Shown piece after piece: positions 44,515 through 61,515 of a stretch of 64,000 bases of DNA. Numbering within the stretch: the first letter of the stretch is position 1; each line of letters opens with the position of its first letter. A program made the position numbers and the translations under genes. The notes below the pieces were generated by a model. It ran no database searches. It saw only the letters and a program-made list of their open reading frames with translations, and was not told where the DNA came from. Source of the DNA: the human T2T-CHM13v2.0 reference genome, Homo sapiens; NCBI RefSeq assembly GCF_009914755.1, contig NC_060947.1, one strand, 5' to 3'.

Positions 44515-45170
44515 ACAGAATAATGGTTCCAAAATAAACTACATATGTATAGTCAAATGAATTTCTACAAGAGTGCCAAGACCACTGAATGGGGAAAAGA
44601 ATAGTCTTTTACAAGCTGGTGCTGGAAAAACTATATATATCCACATGCAAAAATGAATTTAAATCCAACTTTGCACCATATACAAAAATTAACTCATAAT
44701 GGATGAAAGACCTACATGAAAAAGCTAAAAGTATAAAACTATTAGAAGAAAACATAAGTGTAAATACGTATGACCTTGGATTAGGCAAGTTTTTAAAGAT
44801 ATGATGCCACAAACAAAGACTATAAAACAAAAACAGATAAATTTGACTTCCTCAAAATTAAAAAATTTGTGTATCAAAGGATATTATTTAAAAAGTAAAG
44901 ATACATCCTACAGATAACATTCTGGTATCCAATATACAGAACTTGTATCCAATATACAGAACAATATACAGTTCCAATATACAGAACTTATACAAGGCAC
45001 TGTTAAAAATATAAAAAATTTAAATGGTCACAGAATTCAAATGGACATTTTCCTCAAAATGATACATAAATGGCCTGTAAGCACATAAAAGTTGCTCAAC
45101 ATCATTAGTCATTAGGAAATAAAAATAAGAACCACAAGGAGATACTACTTTTTACTCACTAGAATGACTA
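44515..45170 (+). mobile_element. Old L1M ORF2 fragment with a small internal tandem repeat
   Basis: aagagtgccaagaccactgaatggggaaaagaatagtcttt…tcaacatcattagtcattaggaaat; (ccaatatacagaac) units at 44925-44988. Confidence 0.75.
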
Positions 45171-45959
45171 TGGTAATTATAAGTGTGTGTACATAGTGTT
45201 GATTTTAATACACTCATATATATAGTTACATACTCAAATATCTAGCTGTCTGCCTATGCTCTTGATTATGTTGGCAGTTACATAGATATATAAATTTAAA
45301 AAAAGAAATAAACGTTCTAAGTACTTCTCCCGCCTTTTACTGGATAATCTTTTGTCCTCTTTGGGTTGAACACACACTCTGCTCAGTAGATCTGTTTAAA
45401 AAGATCTTGTGAAAACAGTAAGAAAGAAGCATCTTAGTGTCTCTCATGCATACAATCTTCTTGGACCCTAACACGCTGTTTTCCTACCATATATCTTACT
45501 TGAACTGCTAGCTTAGCTTTGAGTGGCTCTCCAGTGCCAGGTTTATCACTCAAAAACTTAAGATGTCATTCACTTGATAAACTGATGCTACCACTTCACA
45601 ATAGCTCAAGGGGGGGTGAATGTGGGATGGAACTTTTTCTTTCCCTTTGTGAACTTTCGCTCTCCATGAAATTAACACAACAGACTAAGGGGTGTTGTGG
45701 GAATTTATTTACTTAATAGTTAGGACACCTCAAATGGAATTATAATGTAGGAGTGGCAAGGATTAAAGTTATAACAAATGTAGACTCTAACTTGATTTAG
45801 GCCAAACATAAGGAGATTCCCAAGGACAATACCCAAACTTCTGACGTGGCTTTTCCACCCTTAGATCTATCTGCATCTATTCATACATTACTTTTTAAAA
45901 GTCTATCTGCTGAAAACCTTTGTACCTTTTTTCTTCATAACACTCCATTCCTTTTCACA

Positions 45960-47185
45960 GCATCAGCTCAAAATCAAGAATCTCATCATGTAATCAGATC
46001 CAAGTGAGGATGAGGCATCTCATAGCCCATTGAATACATCTCCTTTAAGTGCTTATCCTCTAAGCCTATCAAGCTCTGAAGTAGATAAATTATCTAACCC
46101 CCTCATAATCAACCTACAGTAGTGAGAAAGGCATAGTATAACCGTTACTAATGCTCTGTTCAAAATGGGGAGGTGAGGAAGTAAGAGGCACACAGGTGTT
46201 TCTGGACTGCAGAACTTTTAAAATATAGCTGTGGACAGATTTGTATGTCTGGAAATTAACTCTGTAACTCATATCTAAACCCTCTGGACTCTGACTCTGT
46301 GAGAGTCATGTTTCTTTTTCATAAAAAGTTAGCACATGTTTGCAGTTTAGTTATTTTATTTTCTCAGACTGCTTCCTTCAAGTAGAATTTGTGATGTGAT
46401 AAGTATTTCTTCCATTTTTTTACAGTCTTTGTCTCTTTCAGGCCAGGTTAGAGGTGTTTATGTCAATATAATTATCTTAATAACTTTGTGAGTCTCCTGC
46501 GAATGCTATTGGGGTACACTCCATTAGATAAAAAGCAACATCTACAAAATCTCTTATATGAAAGTCCTTTTCTACTTTGGGTTTATTCTAGAACTCCAGA
46601 ATTCATAGTCTTTAAGTATTTAAAGGATATTTTACCTGACTGATTAATTATAGATATTTAGAATATGTTTCCTTGCTAGTGCCCTGAATTTGATCTTTGC
46701 TTGGAAGCCATTTCTTATTTTTCACAGCTTGTTAAGGTTGAGAATATTCCAAACTACTAAGTCCCAGATTCTTCATGTTTAATAGTATGTCCTTGAGTTT
46801 ATCTTTCTCCTCTAAGATTTTACTCTTAGCAGCAAGAAGAAACAAAGCTCTAGTCTGGAAACCTTAGCTAGATCATCCAGCTTATTAGCTATATTTTCTA
46901 CTTTACAAATAGAAACAAGGACACAGTTTTGCTAAACTATTTCCCCTATGAACAACAATCACCTTTCTTCCAGTTTCCAACAAGATTTTCCATGCTTTCA
47001 TTTAAATCCTCACTAGTAGCTTCCTCGCTTTCTAAAATTCTACCTACAGTCTGATTGAAGCAATTTAGGCTTTCACTAATGCTTTTCTTAAAATTCTTCC
47101 AGTTCCAGATAGTTTATTTCTCCAAAACCACTCATATATTTCAATTGTGTGTTACAGAAGCACCCTGTTCCAAGTTACCAAAATC
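45960..47185 (-). mobile_element. MLT1 internal (MaLR-int) region
   Basis: MaLR-int-like motifs. It abuts the LTR at ttaccaaaatc|tgtattagtt (reverse complement aactaataca|gattttggt). Confidence 0.6.
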
Positions 47186-47770
47186 TGTATTAGTTATCTG
47201 TTGCTGTGTAACAAATTATCTCAAAATTAGCAGCTGAAGACAATAAACATTTCTCACACCACTCAATTTCTGGGGATCAATAATGTAGAAGAAGCTTAGC
47301 TAGGAGATTCTGGCTCATGATCTTTCATGATATGGCAGTCAAGTAGTCTACCAGGTCTATATAGGCCATCTGAAGGCTTAGGTGTGGCTGGAGAATCCAC
47401 TTCTAAGCCTATGACATGGATATTTAAAAAATTATTTGGTTCCTCAAGACAGATCTTTTCATGCAATTGTTCACTACACGGTATCTGAGTTCCTTCAGAA
47501 AGAGATGTGAGAGAGACAGACACACACAAATACACACACACAAATACACACACACACACACACACACACACACGGTGGGTGGGGAGAGAAAGAGAGAGAG
47601 AGAATTGGAAAGTGCGACCACGATGGAAGCAACAGTGTCTATAACACAGTCTCAGAAGTTACATACCATCACACAGACCAACCCTGGGACAGCACCTAAG
47701 AGTACAGAAGGGCATGAATACCGAGACGCAGGGGTCACTGAGAGCCTATTTGTTATCTAGCTGCTATAAG
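47186..47770 (-). mobile_element. MLT1F-like LTR containing a (CA)n/(GA)n microsatellite
   Basis: tgtattagttatctgttgctgtgtaacaaattatctcaaaattagcagc…ggctggagaatccacttc; CA run at 47520-47572. Confidence 0.75.
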
Positions 47771-47959
47771 CACTAACCACAATTTTTATATTTTCTGTTC
47801 AGCTTTTCATTATTAGAAGAGGGATTCCAATTCCTCTTACATTATTATTATTATTTATTCAAGCCATTTCACAAGTGCTTGCTATATTTTCAACCTTATT
47901 TCCCATTCTACCTTTCATGCAATGAAATTGAGAATTAGTGTAATATATTGAAATGAGGG

Positions 47960-48185
47960 TAGACTGCAGCTAAACAGGCCTGTGTTGAAAATCTGACTCC
48001 ATAATAAATAAGCTTGGTGATCATTAGCGTGTTATTTCAACTTTGATATTGAGTTTCAATATTTTAGTCTTTAATATGGGAATAATAATACCTCTTCCTC
48101 ACCAAGCTGTGTAAGGATTAAATAAATGTTAATGTATATAAAAGACGGGGCTGAGTGCCACGTACATAATAGCTCCGTAAATCTG
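47960..48185 (+). mobile_element. MIR SINE
   Basis: aatatgggaataataatacct…gctgtgtaaggattaaataaa…gtgccacgtacataatagctc. Confidence 0.65.
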
Positions 48186-48199
48186 AGCTCTCATTTTTT

Positions 48200-48530
48200 C
48201 TATATATACTCCATGCTTTGTGAACTCCTTGCTTTTCCCACAGTTCATTCTGCCAGAAATAAACCTAGTATTCAAGGTCAAGTTCAAATTTTCTTCTCTG
48301 CTTCCTCAAAACCCTGCTGGAGGTTACTGTTCCTTCTGAACTCTCATAGTGCATCATCTATAAAGTTATTATGGCATATACACAATTTTCTACTGCACAT
48401 TAATGGCTACTTGTGTGCATATACAATATTCTCAAACAGCTTGTAAATGCTCTAAAATTAGATTCTTTTGCCAATTAATCTTTTATCTTTCACAGTACCA
48501 TGCATTTATTAGGAACTCAATAACTCATCC
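48200..48530 (+). mobile_element. L2 3' remnant
   Basis: ttcaaggtcaagttcaaat…cttgtaaatgctc…tatctttcacagtacc…taggaactcaataa. Confidence 0.5.
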
Positions 48531-50146
48531 AGGAATAAAGAGAACTGTCAAAAAATGAACCTAAACTCTTCAAATCAATCTTTACTATCTTTTTCAGATT
48601 ATCTCTTTGGTAAACTGAAAATATATGAAATTAAAAATACTGACTTTATCACAGCTAGCAGGAATAAAAGAAAAATACTGACTTTAGAATTACCCTCTTG
48701 ACCCCTTTTCTACGATCTACTCCTAGGGCTCTGCTAATTTTAACTTTTACAAATATTTGGGCACATGTCAGGAGACCATAGGCTAAAGTCACACTTTTCT
48801 CAAGAAGAATGTAGATTCGACAATTTAGAATCCCTAAGTTTCTCTCTTTCTAACTATGTAAACCTCCAGCATTGCATAAACTAGTTTTTCTTTTTTTTTT
48901 TAATAGAATCCTGATGCTTTTGTACCTATATGTGTCACCTTCACTGTACATATTCAGGTGTAGTCAATTCTCAAGTAAAGGCTAGTAAATCATTTTATTT
49001 TGAGAGCTAACACCTGCACTTTCTGCTTTATTTCTTGCTTAGCAAAATCTTCTTTTTATAGTTAACAGACTTTGTTTTATATGACTGCTTTATTGACCAC
49101 TCATACTATTTTTTGATCACATGAAATGTGGAAGTGCTTGAAAGGGGAAACATGTAAACATGGCTCCACTCAAGGAAAGCTTTAATCAGGTGCGGGTGAG
49201 CTTAGGCTGAAGCTAACAGAAAGAGCTTTACCAACATGTAGTAAAGAGAAATACATACAGATCAACTTTAGGAAAGTAGATGACCTTTCAAGATTTCCTA
49301 AACCATGTCTTCATTCTACAGAGTCATTTCTTTAATGAATGTAAATTCCAAATCATGTAGTAATGGAAGAATTAATAATCTGATAAATATGTTTTACAAT
49401 AGGAAATAATTAGAAAGAGGAGAACGGGCAAAAAGGCAATAACTTTATTTATTAAGCCAAGACATCATTGGGATTTAAATTAAGCCACTTTAAAACAATG
49501 TTTTCTGTTCCTAGATGCTCCCGAAATTTTCATGTGCACATTTGCTCATGAAGATTTGACACAATCATATGCATAGGTGAGGAAAGTGGTGAATATGTTG
49601 TTTAGTGGATACAGTCTAGTGAATACTTACAAAAAAACAAAGTATTTATTTCACAGACTATTGGAACTAAAAGAAACCATAAAAGCCATTCAGACCAACC
49701 ACTAACTTTACACTTAGAAAAACTAAACACTAGAGATCAACAACTTTCCAGTAAGTCCGTGACAGAGCAGAGTTCAAAACTTTCCTGTCCATCAAACTAT
49801 GCTGAGTGCTCTATCTTTACTTTGTAAACTGCCTTCTATTGGATTTTTATTTTTCTTTATCCTATTTATACTACCATGGTTTGGAAGTTACATGCTCTAT
49901 TTCTATTCATAGCATGTATCCTTAACTTTTCAGCATGCCTAATTGACTTAATAAAGTCCAAAGTTAACCAATATCCCTCTCCTCTGGAACAATAGAATGC
50001 TGAGGCAAGAAATGTTGGTTGTCTAGACAACAGGTATTCTCTTCTCTTTTCCGTGCTAACAGACCACAGTTTTAAATATTGAGAAACAATACCTTCAAAG
50101 AAGGTGAATCTATTATTAGATGGTAAATCATAATTGGCCTTAGTCA

Positions 50147-50629
<483 letters not shown>

Positions 50630-50844
50630 TTAACAGAAGACGTTTTTCACCATCTTCTTTCTGCTTTTCAATGTGTTTGTGTGAGAACATGGTACTTGAG
50701 TGGCTGAGGTTATCTTCTAACCATGAGGGGAGATATCAGAAACTCATGATAGAAAACACAGCAGAATAAGGATGAGAGCTTGTGTCCTCAATGACATAAT
50801 TGAGCTGGTGCACCAATCTATATACTGTTGACTTCTGGACTTCT

Positions 50845-51050
50845 TTCTATTAACTGAAAAAAATTGTATGTATTTATGATGGATGACATGATGTTTTGAA
50901 ATATGTTTATATTACAAAATAGTTAAATTGAGCTAATTAACATATATATTGTCTCACATGCTTAGTGTGCGTGCATGTTGAGAACACTTGAAATCTTTTC
51001 TCAGAGATTTTCAAGTATAGAATACATTATTATTAGGTGTAGTCACCATT
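50845..51050 (-). mobile_element. L1MA5-7-like short 3' end
   Basis: atgatgttttgaaatatgt…gagctaattaacatat…ttcaagtatagaatacattattatt…tagtcacca. Confidence 0.7.
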
Positions 51051-51912
51051 GGACATCATAATATGCAAAATAAGTATTATTTCTAATTGTTTAAGATGCT
51101 GTTAATAGAGTAGTTATTTCCAACTGAAAACATAAATTATTTGAATCTTTAAGTCACCCTTATGTTCTACATATTATTTTTATACAATATTTTAGTTACT
51201 TGCCATATTAATGCTTTATAGAGTCAATGCTTATTTAGATTCACAAATATGATAACTTTTTGTTGACCATTCTTTGAATCTCATTGTTTTCAGGCTTCAA
51301 TTTTCCAATTCATAACGTTCATCCTTTAAAATTTATTTCAGTGATAATTTGTTAATTGCAAATTCTCTAACACCTTAGCTGAAAAAGTATTTATTTTTCC
51401 ACCACTAATGGATTATGCTTTATATATGTATAGAATTCCATATCAACAGTTATTTTATTCTGCAATTGGAAGATACTATTCTATTGTCATGTGGCTGAAA
51501 ATGTTGTTGATGAGAATTGACTGTTAGTCTAATTATCATACCTTGGTTTGAATTTGTATTTTGATTATTTTCTAGACTTTGATATTTTCTAGTTTCACTT
51601 TAGTATATGTAGATGTGAGTTTATTTTTATTTAATCCTGTATGAAAATTCTTGTACATTCTGAATCCAAGAGTTCATATTTTTTAATTATGGAAAGTTCT
51701 CAAGTACAATATTCTCAAATATTAACAATATTTGAGGCACTAATGAACATATGTAAGACATTCTTCTTTTTTTTTTTTTTTATTTTAAAATCTCTGCCCC
51801 AAAACTGCAATCTCTTTAAACTTCTGTACTTTATTCTGGATACTTTCTTCAGAATACTTTTAATTTTTATTATTTATCACTTCATCTTCTGTTAACTTCC
51901 TGTTTTAAGAAA

Positions 51913-52145
51913 AATGTTCACTGCAGCACTACTCATAATAGCAAACACATGGAATCCACACAAATGCCCATCAATGATAGACTGAATAAAGAAAATGTGA
52001 TACATATACACCATGGAATACTACGCAGCCATACAAAGGAATGAGATCATGTCCTTTGCAGGGACATGGATGGAGCTAGAAGCCATTATCCTCAGCAAAC
52101 TAATGCAGGAACAGAAAACGAAACACTACATGTTCTCACTTATAA
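51913..52145 (+). mobile_element. L1PA ORF2-end fragment lacking 3'UTR and poly(A)
   Basis: atgttcactgcagcactact…caaatgcccatcaatgatagac…tgttctcacttataa. Confidence 0.85.
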
Positions 52146-52759
52146 TGTTTTTAATGTTATCTCTTAAAAACATGATGTAACCAAATAACAAAAATAACTA
52201 AAAATTTTAAAATTATTTAAAATTATATATAATTTTTGAACCAATGAAAACGCTGGCTCTTGTTTCCAACTCGAAGCTTGGATCTTACTGTCACACTCAC
52301 ATTGTTCACCTCACTTTATCTGTGGGAGACGTACAGTCAATATATCAGAAATTCAAACAGGTTGGAGCTTGTACTACAGTGAAGAGACGAGGTCTCAGGG
52401 GTGCAGTGCGGTCCAAATATTTGCAGAAAAGTCCACCAGGTTTTCTGGTGTGAGGGGAACAAATTTTAGTAACATAGTCTCAGGGTGACAGCAGAATATT
52501 TAATCACCTACAGGCCTGTCTTCCCATCCCAGCCCCATGGACAATCTTTCCACTCAGAAGCCAAATGTCAGCAACTTCTGTATTCTGAGCGCCTCAGTGT
52601 ACCTACTACTGCAATAAAAAATTATATTTTTCATCTTAGTTCTGGTTTTGTGTATATTAGAGGATGAAGAAAATGAGTTATTCGTTGACATTTTTGAAAG
52701 CCAGTGTTTAAGGCATGGAAGAAAGAAGGTACAAAGGTAATATTGTTGAGACTTAAGTA

Positions 52760-54012
52760 TAAAAGCTGTTGTCTTTGATTTGGAAATATCACTCTGAAAT
52801 CTTGAAATATTGTGTCTTAAAAAATACCTATTTACTGGAACTTTCTACTGAAGAGATCTAGAAACAAAATGATAATTTACAGTAGAAATGAGCATACCTA
52901 GCATCCAAATAGTAGTCTCTAAATAATAGTTAAACTGAAAGAAACCAGAGATCCTTGAATAAATCACTTATTTGAAGTTAGAGGCAGGAAATGTACTACA
53001 TGAACCTAATACATCTTATATCAGAAATAAATAAAAGCTAGGAAAGACTAATAGAATAATACCAAAGGACTCAGGACCCAACTTGAATGGGATTCCAATG
53101 GCCAAAGATGAGAGAATTTGAGCATCAGCAAGGATAATAACTATAGTGGATTCAAACGTAACAAATATGTTTAAATCAATTTCATGGAATTTCATAATTT
53201 ATGACATTGGGAAGATAGTAGGGAAGTAACACATTATTATAAAAACTGAAAAATAAAAGGAAATATTTAAGAACGTGCCCTACTTTTCCTGTATTAATTA
53301 CACTTCAGTGTCTTAGGAGAATTGCTCTATTCTAGCACCCTGAGGACAGTGCATCCATCTACATAGGTCACGTAGGCAGGTCTAAACTACTTCAGGTCTA
53401 AGTCTCGATTGCATATCCTGTGATACTCCTGGAACATGGGAAGATAGATAATCTTCTAAGGAGCTTTCACAGGCCATTTCTGACCCCTCCCCCATCCAAT
53501 TCAAAGAAACTGTCATGACACAGCTAGTTTCACATCACATTCCATGTTCTGCTACAGTATTCCCCTAATTAGGGTAGACTTGCAGGTTATAAAGCTCATT
53601 CACTGCAGCATGAAATTGACTTCCTAGCAGCAAAATGTTGCATCACTTGTGTTATCACCTGGCCCTGTCTGTTTCATGGCACGTAGGATGTGAGAAGGGG
53701 ATGACATTGCTGATCTTGCTTTGCTGTGTATGTAATAGAGTGTCTGAATCTATAAAGGGATCATTGTTTCTTTAGCAGCCAAATCTATCAGCCTGTTTGA
53801 CGAGGGTCACCAAGTAAATGATGAGAGGAAGTTTGTTTTTCTAAATATCATGCCAGTTTATAAATGTTTGAAGAATAAAAATAATAGAATATCAACAATA
53901 TAAAACCCTTGATAAAATAATGAATTTAGGCAGTATCATGAATGACTGCTTATCTCATTAAAAGAGGGAACCAAAGATTATAAATTATTTGATAGAATTA
54001 CAAAGCTCCACC
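52760..54012 (+). mobile_element. Old L1MD/ME-type 3'UTR, continuing at 57593-57627 and about 61583-61795
   Basis: gaaatgagcatacctagcatccaaat…aaccagagatccttg…ggccaaagatgag…; caaagctccacc joins tgtaaaataatcttgccaaaaaa. Confidence 0.6.
53309..53802 (+). mobile_element. Probable ERVL-class solo LTR (MER74/LTR53-like)
   Basis: A ~490-bp higher-GC insert that starts TG, contains ggtcacgtaggcagg and a tataaa box, and interrupts the host L1 at cttcag|agggtcacc. Confidence 0.4.
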
Positions 54013-54400
54013 TGATATGCTTATGCTTTGTGTCCCCACCCAAATCTCATCTGAAATTGTAGTTCCCATAATCCCCATAATCCTCACTTGTCAAGGGAGA
54101 AACCAGGTGGAGGTAACTGAATCATGGGGGCAGTTTCTCCTGTGCTGTTCTCATGACAGTGAGTGAGTTCTCACAAGATCTGATAGTTTTATAAGGGGCT
54201 CTTCCCCCTTCGCTCCGTATTTTTCCTTCTTGCCGCCTTCTGAGGAAGCTGCCTTGCTTCCCCTTTGCCTTCCATCATGATTGTAAGTTTCCTGAGGACT
54301 CCCCAGCCATGCTGAACTGTGAGTCAATTAAACCTCTTGCATTTATAAATTACCCAGTCTCAGGCAGTCCTTTATAGCAGCGTGAAAACAGATTAATACA
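54013..54400 (+). mobile_element. THE1D MaLR LTR, full length
   Basis: tgatatgcttatgctttgtgtccccacccaaatctc…attaaacctctt…gattaataca. Left flank is ccacc; right flank is catgt, which does not match. Confidence 0.92.
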
Positions 54401-56310
54401 CATGTAGATTGGAAATAAATAAAACTCTCTATTTGCAGATGACATAATCTTGTACATAAATACATTAAGAAATTCACAAACAAAAACTGCTATGAGATAC
54501 AAAGTTTAAATTCTAATGTAAACTAGGGACCTTCATTAACAATTATGTATCAAAACTAGTACACTGATAGTGTGGTTCAAAAAATATACTACACTAAAAC
54601 AAAATGTTAATAACAGGAGAAACTCTGTGCATGCAGGAGAGAAGGGGATTATGGAAACTGTACTTTCTGTGAAATTTTTCTGTATCCCTAATATTGCTCT
54701 AAAGATAGAGTCTATTAAAACAAAAGATATGAGAGCTAGAAAGCGAGTTCATCACAGTTGTAGGATACAAAATTAATATGCAAAAATCAATTCTATTTGT
54801 ATACACTTCAAGTGAACACTATGAAAATGAAATTTAAAAAGCAATTTTATTTATAAGATCAAAAGAACAAAACAATTATGAATAATAATATTTTTTAAAG
54901 TTCATATAGAAATGAAAGAGAACAAGAGTACCCAAAACAATGTTGAAAAACAACAAGGTGGAGGACTCAAGAGTTCCTAATTACAAAACCTATTACAAAG
55001 CTACAGCAATTAAGACAGTATGGTAGTGGAATGAGAGTAGACATATAAATCAATTTAACATGATTAGAAGTCTAGAAATAAACCATTACATTCATGGTCA
55101 GTTAGTCTGCCAAGACAATTCAATCAAGAAATAATAGATATTTTAAATAAAGAGTTTGGAATATCTAAATATCCACATGTAAGTTAATTATGTTAAACCT
55201 CTATCTCATAAAAGTCACAAAAATTAAATTAAAACAGCTCAAAAACCTAAATACAAGAGCTAAAATGCATAAAGGAAAATTCATAAGGAAAAACTTTTAG
55301 AGAAAAAATAGTTTAAACATTTGTGACCTTGATTTAGATAATGGTTTCTTAGACATGATATCAAAAGTACAAGTGATAGAAAAAAATAGATAAATTTGTA
55401 TCAAAAATAAAAACTTTTATTCCTCAAAGAATATTATTAAGAAAATAAAACCCAGAAATGGGAGAAAATATTTACCATTTATAAATCCTTTAAGGGATAT
55501 ATATTTGTGTATGTATGTATATAAATATACATACATGTATAATTAATACTTCTAAGATTCAATAATAAGAAGACAAATTACCTCATAAAAATACAGTCAA
55601 AAGATTTAAAGAGTCATCATACACCCACGGGCAATAAGCATCATTAGCCATGAGAGAACTGCAAATCAAAAGTACAATGAGACACCACTTCACACCCATT
55701 ACTGTGGCTATAACAAAAGAGTCAGAAATATAATAGCAAGTGTTGGCAATACGTTGGTGAATTTAGAGCCCAAGAGAAACAAAACATATTTTCACACAAA
55801 TATGTGTATGTCAATGTTTTTAGTAGCACTTTTTATAATAACCAAAGAGTAAAATTACCAGAAGTGCTCAAGTAATGAACAGATAATAAAGTATGGTATA
55901 TCTGTACAATGAATGGAATATTTTGGCACCACAATGGAATAACGGTACAACTGATAATGGTACAACACAGATGCATCTGGAAAACGTTATACTAAGTGAA
56001 TGAGGTAAAAAAATATGACATATGACAAATTTATTATTCTATTCATATTACATGTCTAGAATACGCAAATCTGTAGACAAAGAAAGCAGATTGGCTCTTG
56101 TTAGGGTCTGAGGGCGGCAAGGCAGGATCAGACATCTTAGGAATGACTGCAAATGGGTATATGGCTTTTCTTTGGAGTAACAAAAATGTTCTAAAATTGT
56201 TTGTGATAATAACTTAATAATTCTGTGAATATACTAAAAAGTTATAACTTTAAATAAATGAATTATATAATACGTGAATTATATCTCAATAAAGCTCCTA
56301 TTTTAAAAAG
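54401..56310 (+). mobile_element. L1MB/MC-type ORF2 and 3' end with a nested L1MC 3' fragment (about 54500-54720)
   Basis: ctctatttgcagatgacat…; ends gaattatatctcaataaagct. Confidence 0.75.
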
Positions 56311-57167
56311 TCGGGTAAATATTCTGACTTCACTCTAACACTGTAGAGAGTATTGGAAAAATTGAATATGAAAATTAAAATATGGCTCAGTCTTATGTAA
56401 GTATAGGAATACATTATTAATAATATATTTGAAAAGAGTCAATCATTGCATTAAAAAGTGATAAATTGTAACTAAATAGGGTTTGTATGAGTAGTTCAAA
56501 GATGTCTTAACATTAGCACATTTTAGGTATAAGATACTACATAGTCAGATAAAAAGAGAAAACCCATACAATTCTCTCATAGATTCTGAAAAGGCTTTTG
56601 TTATTCTTTGATCTAGGACTTTCAATTTCAATATCATGGTGAATTAATTTAAACTGCTTGAGTACCCTTCTATTAAAAAATCACACTGGATAAAATGAAA
56701 AAAAAATTAGAGCATATGTCACAATGGAGAAGAAAAGTGGAAATACACGATGCTATAAATATAATAAGAACTCAAAGCCAGAGAGGTAAGTATATAAGCT
56801 GACAGTATAGATGCTCCATAGGGTAAGTGGGGTGGTCTAACTCAAATACAGGTCATAGGGATTAAGGACATTTAGCTTAACATCTACAGACGAAAAATTT
56901 ACAAGAACTTGTCTTTTGTTAAATAGGAAATTAGAAATTATATCTCACAATATAGCCAAACGTTTAAATATCTTTTCCTTAAATGAAATGTTAAAACTAT
57001 AAAGTTATCTGTGATAAATGCAAACTTCAAGTATAAGTGCAAAAATCTGAATAGTCTTACTTAACTGAAGAAAATCAAATACACAAAAAATCATTTTTCA
57101 TGCAAATATTCCAGGCACAAATATTTTCATTGCAAAATTCTGTCAAAAAATTACAAACTACATACTT

Positions 57168-57463
57168 CCAAACAACTTAAGTGTACAACTCAAGGAACTG
57201 GGAAAAAAGAATAAACTAAGCCTAATGTCAGCAGAAGGAAAGAAAAAAATACGTATTAGAGCAGAAATAAACAAAATAGAGTCTCAAAAAACAATAGAAA
57301 AATCAATGAAACTATGAGTGGTTCCTTGAAAAGATACATGAAATTGGCAAATATTTACATAGATTAAGATAAAAAGAGAGAACACTCAAATATGTAATCA
57401 GAAATGAGAGAGGAGGCATTTCAGTTGATACCACAGAAATGCAAATAATCATAAGAGACAGAT
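57168..57463 (+). mobile_element. L1M ORF2 fragment
   Basis: caactcaaggaactgg…agcagaaataaacaaaatagag…gataccacagaaatgcaaataatcataagagac. Confidence 0.75.
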
Positions 57464-57587
57464 ATGATTTTAAGTTTCCTGAGGCCTTCCCAGCCATGCA
57501 GAACTGTGAGTCAATTAAACCTCTTTCCTTTATCAATTACCCAGTCTCAGGCAGTTCTTTCTAGCAGTATGAAAACAGATTAATACA
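57464..57587 (+). mobile_element. 3' ~124 bp of a THE1D LTR
   Basis: atgattttaagtttcctgaggccttcccagccatg…gaaaacagattaataca, followed by ctacc. Confidence 0.88.
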
Positions 57588-57627
57588 CTACCTGTAAAAT
57601 AATCTTGCCAAAAAAGTAATTAGAATA

Positions 57628-59750
<2,123 letters not shown>

Positions 59751-60529
59751 ACTTCTGAACAGCAAAGAAAACAATAAACAAAGAGATGACCCAATGATAT
59801 GAGAAAATATTTGCAAACTACCCATCTGAGAAGAGATTAGTAACCAGAATGTATAAGGAGCTCAAACAACTCTATAGGAAAAAGTCAAATAATCCAACCA
59901 AAAAATAGGTAAATGATTTGAATATACATTTCTCAACGGAAGACATACAAATAGCAAGCAGGCATCTGAAAAGGTGCTCGACATCACTGGTCATAAGCAA
60001 AATGCAAATCAAAACTACAATGAGATACCATCTCACTCCAGTTAAAATGGCTTATGTTCAAAAAACAGGTAATAACAAATGCTGACATGGACCTGGAGAA
60101 AAAGAAATCCTCAATACACCTTTGCCAGGAATGTAAATTAGTAAACCACTATGGAGAACAGTTTTGAGGTTCCTTAAACAACTAAAAATAGTGGTACCGT
60201 ACCATCCAGAAATCGCATTGCTAGGTATATACCCAAAGGAAAGGAAATCAGTATATTTAAGAGATATCTGCACTCTTAGTTTTGTTGCTCCACTGTTCAC
60301 AATGTCTAAGATTTGGAGGCAACCTAAGTGTCCATCAACAGATGAATAGATTTTTTAAAAATGTGATACTTATTCGGTCATCTTGCCAGCCACTTGTAAA
60401 CAATGTTGTACTACTCAGCCACAAAAAAGAATGAGATCCAGTCATTTGCAACAACATGGATGGAACTGGAGACCATGTTAAGTGAAATAAGCCAGGCACA
60501 GAAAGACAAACATTGCATGTTCTTACTTA

Positions 60530-61089
<560 letters not shown>

Positions 61090-61225
61090 TTAAATGCCTG
61101 AGGGGATGGACACCACATTCTCCATGATGTGATTATTATGCATTTTATGCCTGTATCAAAACACCTCACGTACCCCATAAATGTATACACCTATGTACCC
61201 ACAAAAATTACAAACTGTAATTTTT

Positions 61226-61515
61226 ATTTTTGAGATGGAGTCCCGCTCTGTTGCCCAGCCTGGAGTGCAGTGGCAAGACCACTCGGCTCACTGCAACCTC
61301 CACCTCCTGGGTTCAAGTGATTCTCCTGCCTCAGCCTCCCAAGTAGCTGGGATTACAGGTACACACCACCATGCCCGGCTAATTTTTGTATTTTTAGGAG
61401 GGACAGGGTTTCACCATGTTGGCCAGGCTGGTCTCAAACTCCTGACCTCAGGTGATCCACCCACCTCAGCCTTCCAAAGTGCTGGGATTACAGATATGAG
61501 CCACCATGCCCAGCC
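61226..61515 (-). mobile_element. AluSx-like
   Basis: tgagatggagtcccgctc…cctcaggtgatcc…cccagcc; TSD ta(c/a)aaactgtaattttt (61209-61225/61516-61532). Confidence 0.93.
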
